DNA of 49,559 nt from Chiloscyllium plagiosum (taxonomy: Eukaryota). Position 1 is the stretch's first letter; the number at the start of each line of letters is the position of its first letter. Of the stretch, positions 25,221 to 38,515 are shown piece after piece. Under the pieces are notes generated by a model. That model worked only from the letters and a program-made list of their open reading frames with translations. It had not been told where the DNA came from and did no database searches. The DNA is taken from the NCBI RefSeq assembly GCF_004010195.1, contig NC_057718.1, positions 57,190,264 to 57,239,822 of the forward strand, read 5' to 3'. Position numbers and translations under genes: made by a program.

Positions 25221-26178
25221 AGATGACACCAAAATTGTTGGGATAGTGGACAATGAGGAAAGTTATCTAAGATTACGAAAAGATCTTGATCAATTGGATA
25301 AATGGGCTGAGGAGTGGAAGATGGAGTTTAGTTTGGATAAATGTGAAGTATTGCATTTTGGTAAAACGAGCAAGGGCAGGATTTCAACGATTAATGGCAG
25401 GGCCCAAGGTAATATTGTAGAACAGAGACCTAGGAGTTCAGGTACATAATTCTTTGAAATTTGTGTCGCAGGTCGACAAGGTGGTTAAGAAAACATTAGC
25501 ACAATTGCCTTCGTTGCTCAGATCTTTGAGTTTAGGAACTGAGACGTCATGTTGTCTTTGTACAAGATGTTGGTGAGGCCTCTTCTGGAGTGTGCAGTTC
25601 TGGTTGCTGTGCTCGAGATAGGATATTATTAAATTGGAGAGGGTTCAGAAAAGATTTACCAGGATGTTGCCAGGAATGGAAGGTTTGAGTTATAAGGAGC
25701 GGCTGGATAACTGGGGCATTTTCACTGGAGCATAGGAGGTTGAGGGGTGACTTTACAGAGGTTTATAAAACCATGAGGGGCATTGATAAGGTGAATAGCA
25801 GGAGTGGGGGAGTTCAAAACTAGGGGGAATATTTTTAATGTGAGGGGAAACATTTTTACACAGAGTGGTTTGTGTGTGGAATGAGCTGTCAGAGAAAGTG
25901 ATGTATGCAGGTATAGTTACAACATCTAAAAGGCATTTGGATGTGGACATGAATAGGAGAGATTTGGAGGGATAGGGACCAAATACAATAGACAATAGGT
26001 GCAGGAGTAGGCCATTCTGCCTTTCGAGCCTGCACCACCATTCAATATGATCATGTCTGATCATCCTTAATCAGTATCCTTAATACATGCAAGTGGTTCT
26101 GGTTTAGTTTAGTAATATGGTCGGCATGGACCAATTGGACGAATGAAAATCTGTTTCCATGCTGTATGACTCTATGAC
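25221..26178 (+). mobile_element. CR1 3' fragment with a nested antisense CR1-type tail (about 25987-26080)
   Basis: DDTKI and KCEVLHFGK motifs, tatgactctatgac tail; the insert is flanked by aataca. Confidence 0.88.
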
Positions 26179-27717
26179 AGTATACTGATCTAAATCAACT
26201 TATTCAGACATTTTATAACTCACCTCTTGAACACAGATCTCCTGCCTCAGAGATAGGGATGCTATCATTTTGCCACCAGACCCTTGCTCTGAAATCCGGT
26301 CTAACACAATTCAAATATTTTACTGTGTATAGGATGCAAGGTATGTGAAAAGTAAAATTCTTCTATTTGTTCCTACAATTAGTGGAAATGAGAATGTAAG
26401 TCAACTACAGAAAGAGTTGTCAGAGTTAAATACCAAAAACAAATTAAAATTTAAAAATGTAGCAAATTCTAAGATATATAAGTCATCAAGCCTTTGCATA
26501 TTGATAAGTTATGAGCAAACTATTAGAAACCATGATTTGACAGCACGTTATAAGCATTTAAAAATACATGAGTTGGTCAAAGATAGTACACATTTGTAAA
26601 AGCTATTTAATTGTAATAAGTTCAAGAATTCTTTTTCAAAAGAATATTGAAAAAATAGAGGGCATGCCATCATTAATTTGTAAAAATTCAGGAGATGAAG
26701 GGTGTAAATGTTGGGGAAAGATTTTTTAACTGAATTTTTAAGTGTTATGATCACTGAAAAATTCACACCTTTAACTTCAGTTTTTTGATAACCTGACTGT
26801 GGAATAAGACTGAAGTGCATTGAATATAAATAACCTTTTATTTAATCATTTGCATTTTTCTTTCTAAACACTTCTTTGTAGTCTTTTAACATGAATCTTG
26901 ATTTCATCTGATCATTTCAGTTTCCATTCAATTCTTTATTTCCCTTTACATGCTGGCAGAATGGAAGTACTAGAAATTCTACTTTGTAGCAAATAATGAA
27001 ACACAACTGGAAGAAGCATTGCACGCAACAGATGTGTTCAGCACATCTTAGTAGAAAAGGTTTGAGGTGATTTCTTTATCCCAGTCCTGCCTTATGTCCA
27101 TGTCTTGTTCATTTTCTAATATATATGACAACATCTTTTTTCAATATGAAGCATAGTGTATTATAAATATGCTTGAATGTCTATTTTTATAAACTTAGGT
27201 GGGATATTATGCTGGCAGAGTAGGAGATGGTGAAATAAATTTTGATATATTTAGAAATAGTGTACCTCCATTGTAATGATTTAATGATCATCATTAAATC
27301 ATTGATCAAAATGCATTTGCTAATGTTTGCACAGGTTCAAGTCTGCTTCATGTCATTTAAACTGTAGCTCATCAACTCTAGATATTCATCAGCTCCCGAC
27401 CAAGTTGGTAAATGCAATGATTTGAAAATGCGGTGAAGTTGGGTGGGTGGAGGCAGAGAAGAAAAGGCTTATTATTTTACAGTTACTTCTCCCAGCTTAT
27501 GATATATCTTCAGTTGGATGATTATAGAGCATCACTGACTGTACTGGAGAGCATTGTGAAGTCACTGATGCATGTGAAGAAGATAATTGCATATAAAATA
27601 AAAGGAAAATCAATCTGTTTATATAGTTGTAACAGAAAATAACAACTAGCATAACAGTCTGCATAATAAAGAAACAAAATAAATAATAACTTACACTCTT
27701 TTCTTTTTAAATTGAAG

Positions 27718-27801
27718 AAAATTTCTGAAGAAGAAAAGCAGAAAATTCAGAAAAGAAAACATTTGGCAGAAAAACTTAAACAAGAAGTTATCAAAAAATA
27801 A
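27718..27801 (+). CDS. CFAP36: CFAP36 last coding exon, including stop
   Basis: Polypyrimidine tract ctcttttctttttaaattgaag|, then KISEEEKQKIQKRKHLAEKLKQEVIKK*. Resembles the recalled CFAP36 C-terminus ([23 protein letters not shown]) and is in phase with the 2031-2189 exon. Confidence 0.9.
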   Translation, partial: KISEEEKQKIQKRKHLAEKLKQEVIKK

Positions 27802-28142
27802 AATATGTGGACAGTAAAGTTAAAGAAGAAAGAACTGAAACCTGATATTCTTTGATTAACTGAATTGAAAATTAACAAAACTGTTTTACTTGCGACTATG
27901 ACCAATGATAGTTTGCAGAGGATAATGAAATACTAAAGCAATAGTGGTAGTCTTCTACTTCCATTCTACTAAAAATATTTACATGCTATAACTGAAAAGT
28001 TAAATTGTTTGCAAATGAATGTGCAATGAAGGTTGAATTTTGTATTCTTGTCAGCTGTAATGTTTTGCTGTAAATCAATACTATTGTTGCCTGTGAAATG
28101 CCAGAATTAATAGCTGTCTCATTACTTACTATGTGCTTGTAT

Positions 28143-28148
28143 AATAAA
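28143..28148 (+). promoter_or_regulatory. Candidate CFAP36 polyadenylation signal (AATAAA); alternative at 29088-29093
   Basis: AATAAA about 340 nt after the stop, in AT-rich UTR-like sequence without recognisable repeats. Confidence 0.45.
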
Positions 28149-31100
28149 CTTCATTTGTCCAGACCCTCTGATGCAGTTTAGGACTGATGTGTAAACTACA
28201 ACAGGTAAATGGAGTCTAGAACACCTAAACTTGTGTTATGCAAATGCTGCGAAGTTGTCAGTTCTTATTGATAGCATGAGTTCTGGGAACTATATTCACT
28301 TTTTCATTTTTTAACTTGCATGTTAAAAATGAAATTCAAAGATACTTCTAATTTAAATATAAGCATACTCTGAGATCTAATCATCAAGTATCGTTTCAAC
28401 TATGAAACGCAGTCAGCTTGTGATTTCTACCCCGTCTTTGTCCGGAACAGATTCCATAACTGAAGTACTGTTGTAGATCTTATAGTGATATTTTGCTCAG
28501 ACTTCTCTTAATAATGTTAAATGAAGCAATCTGGATAACAGTTAAATATTATAAACATAAAACTGATTTAATAGCTAAATCTGTTGAAGGTGTCCATTAA
28601 GGGGTTATATCGTTCATTGCTGCCCTCCTTGTGATTTATTGGTTTATCTGCTCCTTTAATAGAGCTTAGTTTTTGTTTGCTGCAGGGCTCATCTCTTTCT
28701 TATTGACTTTAAAGTTTAGCTAAAAAGAGAGTATATGACACTTGGCTAACATACAGCCCTTTCATTGGGCAGAGGGTTTTGAACTTAGTTCAGGTCAAAG
28801 TCTCTCTTTACTATTTGCTGTTAATTTACTCAGTCCTCATCTATTATTTGAGCATCACAACACATCATTATTTATAAAATGTCATTTTAGTGCCAGTTAC
28901 AAATGCAATTACATGATGGCTGTTGTGAAAAAATGGACAAAAAAGTGCTGCAGGTACATTTTTTTAACAGCTAGTTGAAGACATCCCTCAGTTTTATCAG
29001 TCTAGGCACCCATCAAATATTTTCAAACACTTCTCATTTTAAAAAAAGTATTTCAAGTGGGTAGTTTGAGAGAAACAAGTCAGTTTTAATAAAAGCCAAA
29101 GCGTCTAATACACAAATTATTGAAATGGATCAACAGAGGCAGTTTGGATAAGAAGTCAAAACATTATTCCTTGGATAAGAAGAATCTGTTTTGAGTGAAG
29201 TTGAGGTCTTCATTGTATGAAAAACTTGATTTTAGGTTGCATTTGTGCAAAGTTATGGATGAATTTATAATCTACACCCATCTAATTGATTGTTTTATAC
29301 AACATTCATCATCCAGAATACATGTTACTGATTTGTCTCTCTAGATTTTAATGTTTGATTTAGAAATGAACACATTTGGGGCTAGCTACAAGTCCTAAGG
29401 TTTCACAAAGAAAAAAGATTCCGGAACAAAGTCAATTATGCAATTAAATTATTAGAAAATTATTGCTTCATACAAGAAAATATTTGTTGTTTTCACTGTT
29501 CCAACTCCATTTAACTGTTTACCAAATTTAAAAAATAAGCTGTGGAACATATAGTGATTCAGATGTTAAAAGGTATTTAATTGTGAGATTTGCAGGGACA
29601 GAACTATTAGGACCTTATTAACATATTTTACTCTATTTCCCACCCAGCAGTAGGAGGCTAACCAACTACCAGGTGGGAAAATCTGCAATAGAAGGCAACT
29701 GAAAAAGATTAGGCAATAGTGGAGGGAGCTCCATCTGAGGCAGCAAAGAGAGATAGACAAATCAGGCATAGTCAACAAGGCATGTGTTGGCTTAGAGTTG
29801 AGTTTAGAAGTTTGTTGGACTTGATAGAGTGGAATATCAGCAAATTGTGAGGCAACTCTGTTGCTCCTCTTAACCCAGAAGCAGTTCCGTAAACCGCATA
29901 TCACTACCTAATCCACCTGCACCCATTCCTTTGGTTACCAAATTCTGAGCAAGGGAACCTCATTAATGTATTACAATCGTGGACACACCTTGCCACAGCA
30001 GGTTACTTAGTTACTCCAAACGTGCCAAGGTTAAACTTTGTGTTGAAGAAACATGCATTATAACAGAACCAATTGTACTTCTTTTAGTTTGTGCAAATTC
30101 TGTCCAAGTTCTGTGGGTCAAATAATGGAAAATATAGCAAGGAAATGTTTACTCCCATTGACAACTATTCTTTACTATTTCTTGTTCTTGTATGTATTCA
30201 TCTTAACTGGACACAGTATGACTAACTAAATTAGAAAACCAAGATTGCCGATGAATTGCATATTCAGGCTCACTAGAAACCATGTAGTGTCTTTCATAGG
30301 AATGACAATGAAGTTACTATTCTACCCATCTGGTAAGTCCCAAGAATTCAAAATACAATTCATAATTTACTATCTATAATATCACAATTTACTTTCTCAC
30401 CATTCATAAAATTAACACGATTACCATTCCTTAGCTCACTTTCAAGTATTCACCATTGATGGTGAATTGGCTTTATCTGAACCATTCAACTTCCTGTTCC
30501 CTAACCTCAGGGCCTGTGATAAACTATCTTTCAAGGTTCATCTTATAGACAATCTAATGGATATTAAATTCCTCAAAACTTTCTTAAACATATTGTTTTT
30601 AATGTAAACAAATTCAGCTTCTCTCAATTTAGTTTGGTATTTGATGGCAGGTATTAGAAAAGAACGACTTTTCACTTTTTCTGGTACAATGATGCTTTTC
30701 CTGTAAGATGACTATCAGAACTGCACAAGTGATAAAATGATATTTTGTTCAGGTTGAGTTGGGCTCTTCTTTAGCAGTTAGAGTTGAGAATGACTTATTT
30801 CTACTCCAGGGGCAGGGTGGGTTCTGTGGTGGCTGAATAGTTTAATCCAGGAGCCGCAGATGTGCATTTGTTTAGGGAAGCTTTCAGGATGTCTGTGTAG
30901 CATTTCCTCTGCCTTCCTAGTGATCACTTAACATTGCGCAGCTTGGAGTAGAGCACTTGTTTAGGGAGTCTTGTGTCAGGCATGCAGACTGTGTGGCCTG
31001 CCTATCATGTGTGACACCATTGCCTTGATACTGGGGATATTGGCCTAGGAGAGGACACTCACTTTGGTATTTTTACCCTGCCAGTGGATTTGCAGGATTT

Positions 31101-31530
31101 TGCAAAATCAGTGTTGGCAATAACTTCCCAAGAATTTGAAGTGTCTACTGTACATGATTTATGGTTCTGCTGCATACACTAGGGTGGGGACAACATTGTT
31201 CTGTAAACCTAGAGCTTGGTGCTGGGGTTTGAGGTCTCAGATTTCAAACACATAGTTCCTCAGGCATCTGAAGACTGCACTGTCATATTGGAGTCAATGT
31301 TGGCTTTCATTGTCATTACCTACTTGCACCAAGAGGAGGCTTGAGAGGTATAGGACATGATTCATGTTGTCTAGAGACTTGCTGTGGATTTTTATGGTCA
31401 GGGAATGGTATTGCGTGGCAGGAGCGAGCTGGTAGAGAACCTTTGTTTTCAGGATTTTAGACTGAGGTGCATTTTATCATATGCTTCAGTGAACAGATCT
31501 GTGATAGTTTGTAGCTCAGTCTCTGAGGGG

Positions 31531-32818
31531 ACAAAAAACCTGCAGATGCTGGAATCCAAAGTAGACAAGCAGGAGGGAGGCTGGAAGAATACTGCAAACC
31601 AGGCAGCATCAGGAGATGGAGAAGTCAGTGTTTCAGCTATAAACCTTTTTAAGGATTGGAAGTGGGGGTAAAGGAGGCTGCAGATAAATGGGAGGTTGGG
31701 GGAGGGTTTTGGGTGGGGAGAGGGACGGACAGGTGAGGTAGTGATAGGTGAACACAGGAAGAGGGTATGGCCTGGTTGATCGATGGGAGGAATGAATCTG
31801 GTTGGTAGCTGGAAGGAAGGGTCGGTCAGAGGAATGGAAGGGAGGGTGAGGGGCTGGCAAGGGAGTCAGGGATGGGAAGGGAGGTTATTTGAAATTGAGA
31901 ACTCAGTGTTGAGTCCTCCGGGTTGGAGGCTGTCTAAGTGGAAGATGAGGTGTTTCTCCAATTTGTGGTCTGTTTCACTGTGGCAATGGAGGAGGCCGAG
32001 GATGGTCATGTCGGAGAGGGAATGGGATGGGAAATTGAAATGGGCAGTGACTGAGAAGTCCAGTTGGCCTTTACAGGCATAACTGAGATGCTCGGTGAAA
32101 CATGCCCTTAGTTTACATTTGGTCTTATCGATGTTGAGAAGGTCAGGTACCTTCCCCTGAAATCATAAAAGATGCAAAACCTGCCAATACCACCCCCTCA
32201 CCTCCATCAAGAGCCCCAAACCATCTTTCCAAATGAGACAGAGGTTCATCTGCTTCTCCTCCAATCTAGTTTACTGTATCCAGTTCTCCTGATGTGGTCT
32301 TGTCCACATTGGTGAGACAAACATAAACTAGGGGCACATTTCGCCGAGCATCTCAGCTCATCCTGGTCACTGCTCATTTCAATTTCCCATCCCATTCCCT
32401 CCAACGTGACCATCCTTGGCCTTCTCTATTGCCACAGTGGATCAGATCACAATTTGGAGGAACAACACCTCATCTTACAGCCCGAAGGAGTCAACATTGA
32501 GTTCTCCAATTTCAAATAACCTCCCTTCCAAACCCCCAACTCCCTTTTCAGCCCCTCCCCCTCCCTTCCATTCCTCTGAGCAACACTTCCTTCCAGCTTC
32601 CAACTGGATTCATTCCTCCCATCGACCAACCAGGCTGTATCCTCTACCTGTGTTCACCTAACACTACCTCACCGCTCAACCCCTCTCCCCAGCCACCCCA
32701 TTTACCTGCAGATCCCGTTACCTCCAAACCCAGTCCTGAAGAAAGGTTATACTGAAAGTTGACTTCTCCATCTTCTGATGCTGCTTGGCTTGCTGTCTTC
32801 TTCCAGCCTCCTGCTTGT
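31531..32818. mobile_element. Penelope-like element as a large inverted pair (minus arm 31531-32143, plus arm 32144-32818)
   Basis: Both arms carry a GIY-YIG remnant (F.EHL), a C-rich 3' region and a decayed hammerhead. Degenerate TSD cag(tct/cgc)ctgagggg at 31517-31530 and 32819-32832. Confidence 0.85.
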
Positions 32819-33751
32819 CAGCGCCTGAGGGGGCACACTTGCAGGCATCATCTGCATGCGGTAGCTCAATGACAGAAGTTGGGGTGGTTCTATTTCTGGC
32901 CGAGAGGTGAAGATTGAACAGTTTCCCATTCTTCCTGTGTTAGCTCGACTGTAGTGGGGAGCTTCATAGAGATGATCTGGAATGTTGCAGTGAGAAAGAT
33001 GGAGATAATGCAGCTCTGCTTAGCCAAGTTTGCACTCACATTGAGTCTGTTACTGAGGATCATGGCTTGCATGTTATTGTGAAGCAGATGAGTGATGAGT
33101 TTCTGTAGGCAGCCGAATTTGAGGAGAATGTTCTACGATCCCTCATTGTTGACAAAATCAAAGGCCTTTGTGAGATTGAAGAAGGCCATGTAAAGAGTTT
33201 GGTACTACTTCCTGGCACTTTCCTTGAATTTTTCATGCACTGAACCTCATGTCCATTGAACCTGTTGATGGACGGAAACTGCATTGGATACCCAGGGAAG
33301 AGGCAATTGAGGAGGATTCTCATGATAAGCTTTCCTCTACATTCTACAGTCGGACCTATCTCCTTTCTTGAAGATGGTCACAATTACGGCATCTCTGAAA
33401 TCCTCCTTCCAGTCAAGAGTGATGAGGTCGTGGATTCTTCCACCATATTTCAGTACTGCTGCAGAGGCCCTGTTGTTTTTCAGTTGTCAGATAGTTTTTT
33501 TAAGTTTTGTGATAGGTTGGAGGTGAGCTGATCTAGGAGCTGGTGGAGTCATGCACGATTGTGTGAAGAGCATTTGCATTGAAGGTTGCATCTGGGTTGA
33601 GGTACTCCTTGAAGAGTTGTCTCCAGCAGACATTGACTGCTTCTCAGTCTTTGATAAGCGGCTATATTTTTGGCTGTCAGTGGAGTAGGTCCATGGGCCA
33701 TCAATTCATAGATGGCTTTGATTATGGTGAAAATGCCCTACACATCATGAT

Positions 33752-34089
33752 TCATAGATCATAGAATCCCTGCAGTGTGGAAGCAGGCTTTTTGGCCCAT
33801 CAAGCCCACACCAACACTCCAAAGAGCATCTCACCCAGCCCCGCCCTAACCCTGTAATTCCCACAGCTAATCTACCTAACCTAAACATCCCTGGTCACTA
33901 TGAGCAATTTAGCATGGCCAAGCCACCTCATCTGCACATCTCTGGACTGTGAGAACAAACTGAAGCACCTGGAGGAAACTCATGCACACGCAGGGAGCAT
34001 GTGCAAACTCCACACAGAAGTTACCTCAGGCTGCAATCAAACCCTAGTGCTGTGAGGCAGCAGTGCTAACCACTAGCCACCGTGCTTCC
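33752..34089 (-). mobile_element. Older HE1-type SINE
   Basis: Head, core and tail as at 4725-5172. Confidence 0.85.
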
Positions 34090-34307
34090 CTTGGACTTTA
34101 GATATGAACAAATAAACTAGCTTAAACCACATAGCATGGAAGATACAGCACTTCCTGCTACATAAACATTGTGGACTCGCAGCTGAGTTTCTAAAGCAGA
34201 CTTTTTTTGGGGACATGCAAAAATAATCCCAAGATGCCAAAACATAAAACTGAATACTACTGAATGAAATCACTATATTGATGAAAATATTAAACAACAC
34301 ACCATAC

Positions 34308-34395
34308 TACTGGATTGCTCAGATCTGATTTGATAACTTCAATGAAGAATTTATGGATTTCAGCAAAGTTATTTTGACCAAGATGGAGGAATGCC
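34308..34395 (-). pseudogene. TRAPPC12: Orphan TRAPPC12-like exon (TPR region), probably a non-functional displaced copy
   Basis: Minus strand reads ttattttag|G-GCA-TTC-CTC-CAT...CCA-GTA|gtatgg, 88 nt, encoding [29 protein letters not shown]. Recalled vertebrate TRAPPC12 reads [29 protein letters not shown]. Confidence 0.8.
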
Positions 34396-35926
34396 CTAAA
34401 ATAATTGTTGACAAGTTGCTGCGTCTTGATGTTTCCTGTTCAAGAGGCTGAGTGTCTCCAAACAGGTGCTGATGCTGTTGGCTTTGAGGGTGAACCAAGT
34501 GCTGTGGGCACTCTGTCACTTTGGGACATTGGTTGTTGCCAGGTTGGCTGTGAGGCTCTGCCAGAGTAGGTTTTTTTTCTCAGGGTCTTTGTGTTTAGCA
34601 ACATTGCGGCAATAGTCGGATTGCATACCTAATCAGACACCTCCTTTCTAAATGTCAGAAATCACCGTCTTACAGATCTTGATTCTATCTATTGAAATTA
34701 ATAGAATTTGTGGTCTGCAGGCCCATAATTTCTTGTCACTTCCATTTTTCTTTGGGAGCATCCAATGAGAAATCTACTTTAGTTGCATCCTGACTTCTAT
34801 ACTATTGCTCTATATGATCTAAGAAATAGTTACCATCTTTTAAAAATCAGTGCCATACATCATTGTCTATAATCTTTTATTTTTTGCTTTATCCTGTGGA
34901 CTTGATACCATTTAGTTTAAAGTTCCATTTATTCTTCTAACCTAGACATTGCTTTATTATTGTCAAAATTGAAAATTAATTTGTAATTTCTTAATCAAAC
35001 CATCTAAATGTTTCATATTTGAGCAGTTTGGTCTTAATAGTTTGCACAGTATGACTGGAAAAGTTCACTTGGGCGATTTATGGAGCGTGACATTTTGCTA
35101 CATTGAATTACAGCTTGTTACAGGCTAGCAACTGAAGGTGAGAAAAGAAGATATATTTCATCTATATGCTGGTAGTCCAGGGTTCCAGAAAGAAGCCGTT
35201 AAAAATATGGACAGATGATTCAGCAGAATGGGGTGGAACCCATTGATATTATCCAAGATGTACAAGTGAAGACTAATAAGAGCAGCATTGGTTGAGAGAG
35301 GAGACATAAACTGCTGTTGCAATATTCCTATCTATAATTTAACAACCGTATGCCATGCTATACACCAATTGTATTCATCTGATTATGATTTGTAAGTATA
35401 TTTTATTTCACCTAATTGATAGACATTACACTTTCAATGCATAATGTGACAGCTTATTAAAAATAAAACCTGTAAACAGCTACAAAGCATTCATCTATAT
35501 TAACATGGTTATTTTGTATTTATTTTATCCTAGATTTTATAAAGTGTGTGTGTTAATATTCTACAAAAGCAACTGGCAGCATTTTTTGCAAAACTAAGTT
35601 CTAAGGGATACATTGGATACAGGAGACATTGACATAATAACATTAGTTACTAGTTCGTTTGTGATAGTGCTGTATTTGATATTGCTCTTGCAAGTGTTTA
35701 ATAGATTTTCAGTGTAAGTAATTTAATTCAAACAATTTGTTTCAAATTAAAAAAAACAAATTGTACAATATACTATGGTGTCTATGATCAGTTCTGTTAA
35801 ATTAGCAGAATTTTTAAATACTGTTGATTTTTCCAGCTTAACAAATCAGGAGTTTACTAAATATGGGCTGGGTTTTTACATTATCATTTTGGTCTAACTG
35901 CTGCAAACTGGGTCTCTGCAACAGGT

Positions 35927-36065
35927 AAGGTAAAGGTTACCATAGACTCATCAGACCACATGGCTGCTTTCCCAATAGAGAGGGTCACCATACCTCAGAC
36001 AAGGGGAGAGGTTAAGGAGTAGAGTCCTTCATGGTAACCTGAGCTGATCTGGTAATTGAACCTGA
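35927..36065 (-). mobile_element. Old SINE-like repeat, same family as 2335-2520
   Basis: Reverse-complement similarity, with a B-box-like ggttcaattacc. Confidence 0.5.
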
Positions 36066-36324
36066 GAAATAGATTCACACAAAGACAACTCTCCTGATGA
36101 CAAGCTCCATCACAAAAGTCTGTACCCATGTCACCCACCCTTGCTCTCTTTGTCATAACTGTTTGACAGATCATTTGAAAATAATATCCCCTTCAACCAA
36201 GAACTTGCTAGAAGGCAACTGTCCTCAAAAGGAGCTACAGCTGAAAATCAAATCATACAAAATGGAGTTCACTTGTTAATAAATTCTATTAGTTTAATCC
36301 ATAGAAAACCATCAAATTAGTGAC

Positions 36325-38515
36325 CAATCCTGGATCAAGGCAGAGTAGATGAGGGCATGCCAGGAACAGCACCAGACATATCTAAAATGAGGTGTCAACC
36401 TGGTGAAGTTACAACATAGGACTATTTGCAAGACAAACCGTGGAAGGCATGTGCAAAATACAGTGTTAAGCAATCCACAACCAATGGATCAAATCTAAGC
36501 TCTGCAATCCTGCCACATCTAGTTGTGAATAGTGATAGGTAATTAACTACGAGAAGGTGGAGGCTTCACAAATATCCTCATCCTTGACATTGGGGGAGCT
36601 GAACACATCAGTGGAAATAATAAAACTGAAGCACATGCATCCATATTCAGCTCACAGTCCTGAGTGGATGATCCATCTTGGCCTCCTTCTCAAGTGCCAT
36701 CATCACATATGTTAGCTTTCAACCAGTTTGATTCCCTCTGCATGATATCATGAAACATCTGAAGGCACTGGATACTGCAAAGGCTATGGGTCTTAACAAC
36801 ATTCTGGCAATAGTATTAAAGATTTACATTCTGAAATTAGCCGATCCCCCTCACCAAGCTGTACCCCTCCAGCTACATCTATGGTAATTACCTAACGATA
36901 TGGAAAATTGACCAGAAATGTCTTACTCACCAAAAACACAAAAAATCTAACCTAGCTAGTTACTGCCTTATTCTCAATCATCAACACAGAATTGGAAGGA
37001 ATCATCGATAAGGCTAACAAGTGGCCTTGTGAGATAAGAGTGACTGTCCTTGACATCAGGCAATATTTCACTGAGTATGAGATCAAGGTCATCCAGCAAT
37101 ACTAGAAACAAAAGGAATCAGGGAAAAGACTGCATTTGTTGGAGTCAAACCTAACACAAAGGAAGTTCATTGTGGTTATTGGAGATTGGAGGACATCACT
37201 GCATTAGCTTCTCAAGATGGGGTCTTAAACTCAACCATCTTTAGTTATTAATCAATGACCATCCTTTCATTATAAAGTCAGAAATGGGAATGTTCAATGT
37301 TGATTACACAATACACAGTACTATTCACAACATCTCAACTTCTGAAGTAGCTTGTGTTCAAATGAAGCAAGGTCAAGGAAACATCGAGGCTCTGGCTGAT
37401 AAGTGGCAATTGACATTCATGCCACTAAAGCAGTGGTCATCTCAAACAAGAAAGCATCAAACCACCTCCCCTCAACATTTAATGGCATTACCGTTGCTAA
37501 CTCTCAATATCCTGGGAATTAACCAGAAACTGATCTTGGACAACCATATATAGTTACTGTGGCTTCAAGAGCAGGCCAGAGGCTGAGAATTCTGTGGCAT
37601 GTAATTTGTCTCCTGTCTCTCTATGCCACTATCCATAAGGCAGCAGTCAGGTGTGCGTTGGAAAGCTCTCCACTTACCTGGATGGATGCAACTCCAACAA
37701 CATTAATGAAGCTCCACACCATCCAGTATAAAGCAATCTGCTTGATTGGCACCACTTCCAAGATTGTGTCTTCAATTGGCACAGCACTATGTACCATCTC
37801 CAAGACAGAGTGTAATAATTCACAAAGAGTTCTCTGATATTTTCCAAGTCCGCCACAGATAGAGAAGCAGCAGGTGCATGGGAACACCCCCAACTGGAAA
37901 CATAAAAAATAGAAGCAGGAATAGTCCATTTGACTTTCCAGCCTATTCCACCATTTAATATGTTTATGGCTGATCATCCAATTCAGTACCTGTTCCTGCT
38001 TTCTCCCCATACTCTTTGATCTTTTAAGTTCCAAGCACTATATCAAACTCCAATGTTTTAGCCTCAGTTGTTTTCTGTGGCAGAAAATTCCATAGGCTCA
38101 CCAGTCTCTGGGAAAGGCCTTTCTCCTTATCTCAGTCATGAATGACCTACACCATATCCTTATTCTGTGACCCCTTGTCTGAACGCCCTAGTCATTGGGA
38201 GCATCTTTCCTGCATTTATCCTATCTGGTTCTGTTAAAATTTTAGAGGTTCCTGTGAAATTCCCCTTATTCTTCTAAACTCTGTGAATACCATCCTAACC
38301 AATCTAGTCTCTCCTCATACATCAGTCCTGCCATCCCAGGAATCAGTCTGATTTCCCCTCTAACTTTCTGATCTGGTTTCCCTCCAAGCCACACATCATC
38401 CTGATTTGGAACTATATTCCCATTTGTTCACTGTCACGGAGTCAAACCCCTGGAAATCCCTTCCTAACAGGACCATGGGTATACTTACACTCCAAGAAAT
38501 GCAGCAGTTCAAGGG
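36325..38515 (+). mobile_element. Old CR1-clade LINE ORF2 remnant, with a nested antisense CR1 3' end (about 37898-38350)
   Basis: LDTAKAMG.NNI, LDIRQYF, MFNVDYT and ASRAGQRLRIL remnants; the 3' UTR resumes at about 38370. Confidence 0.75.

Larger units (their letters stand above)
30770..34640 (-). mobile_element. Decayed RTE-clade LINE, interrupted at 31531-32818 and 33752-34422
   Basis: Minus-strand remnants in RTE ORF2 order: [46 protein letters not shown] (YADD), KILQIHWQG. Confidence 0.78.

Noticed and set aside
34400..34470. GNIKT as a remnant of the preceding TRAPPC12 exon, implying a processed pseudogene
   Set aside because: The same DNA reads as RTE ORF2 ([11 protein letters not shown]) in another frame, and the exon is bounded by intron-type AG/GT sites.
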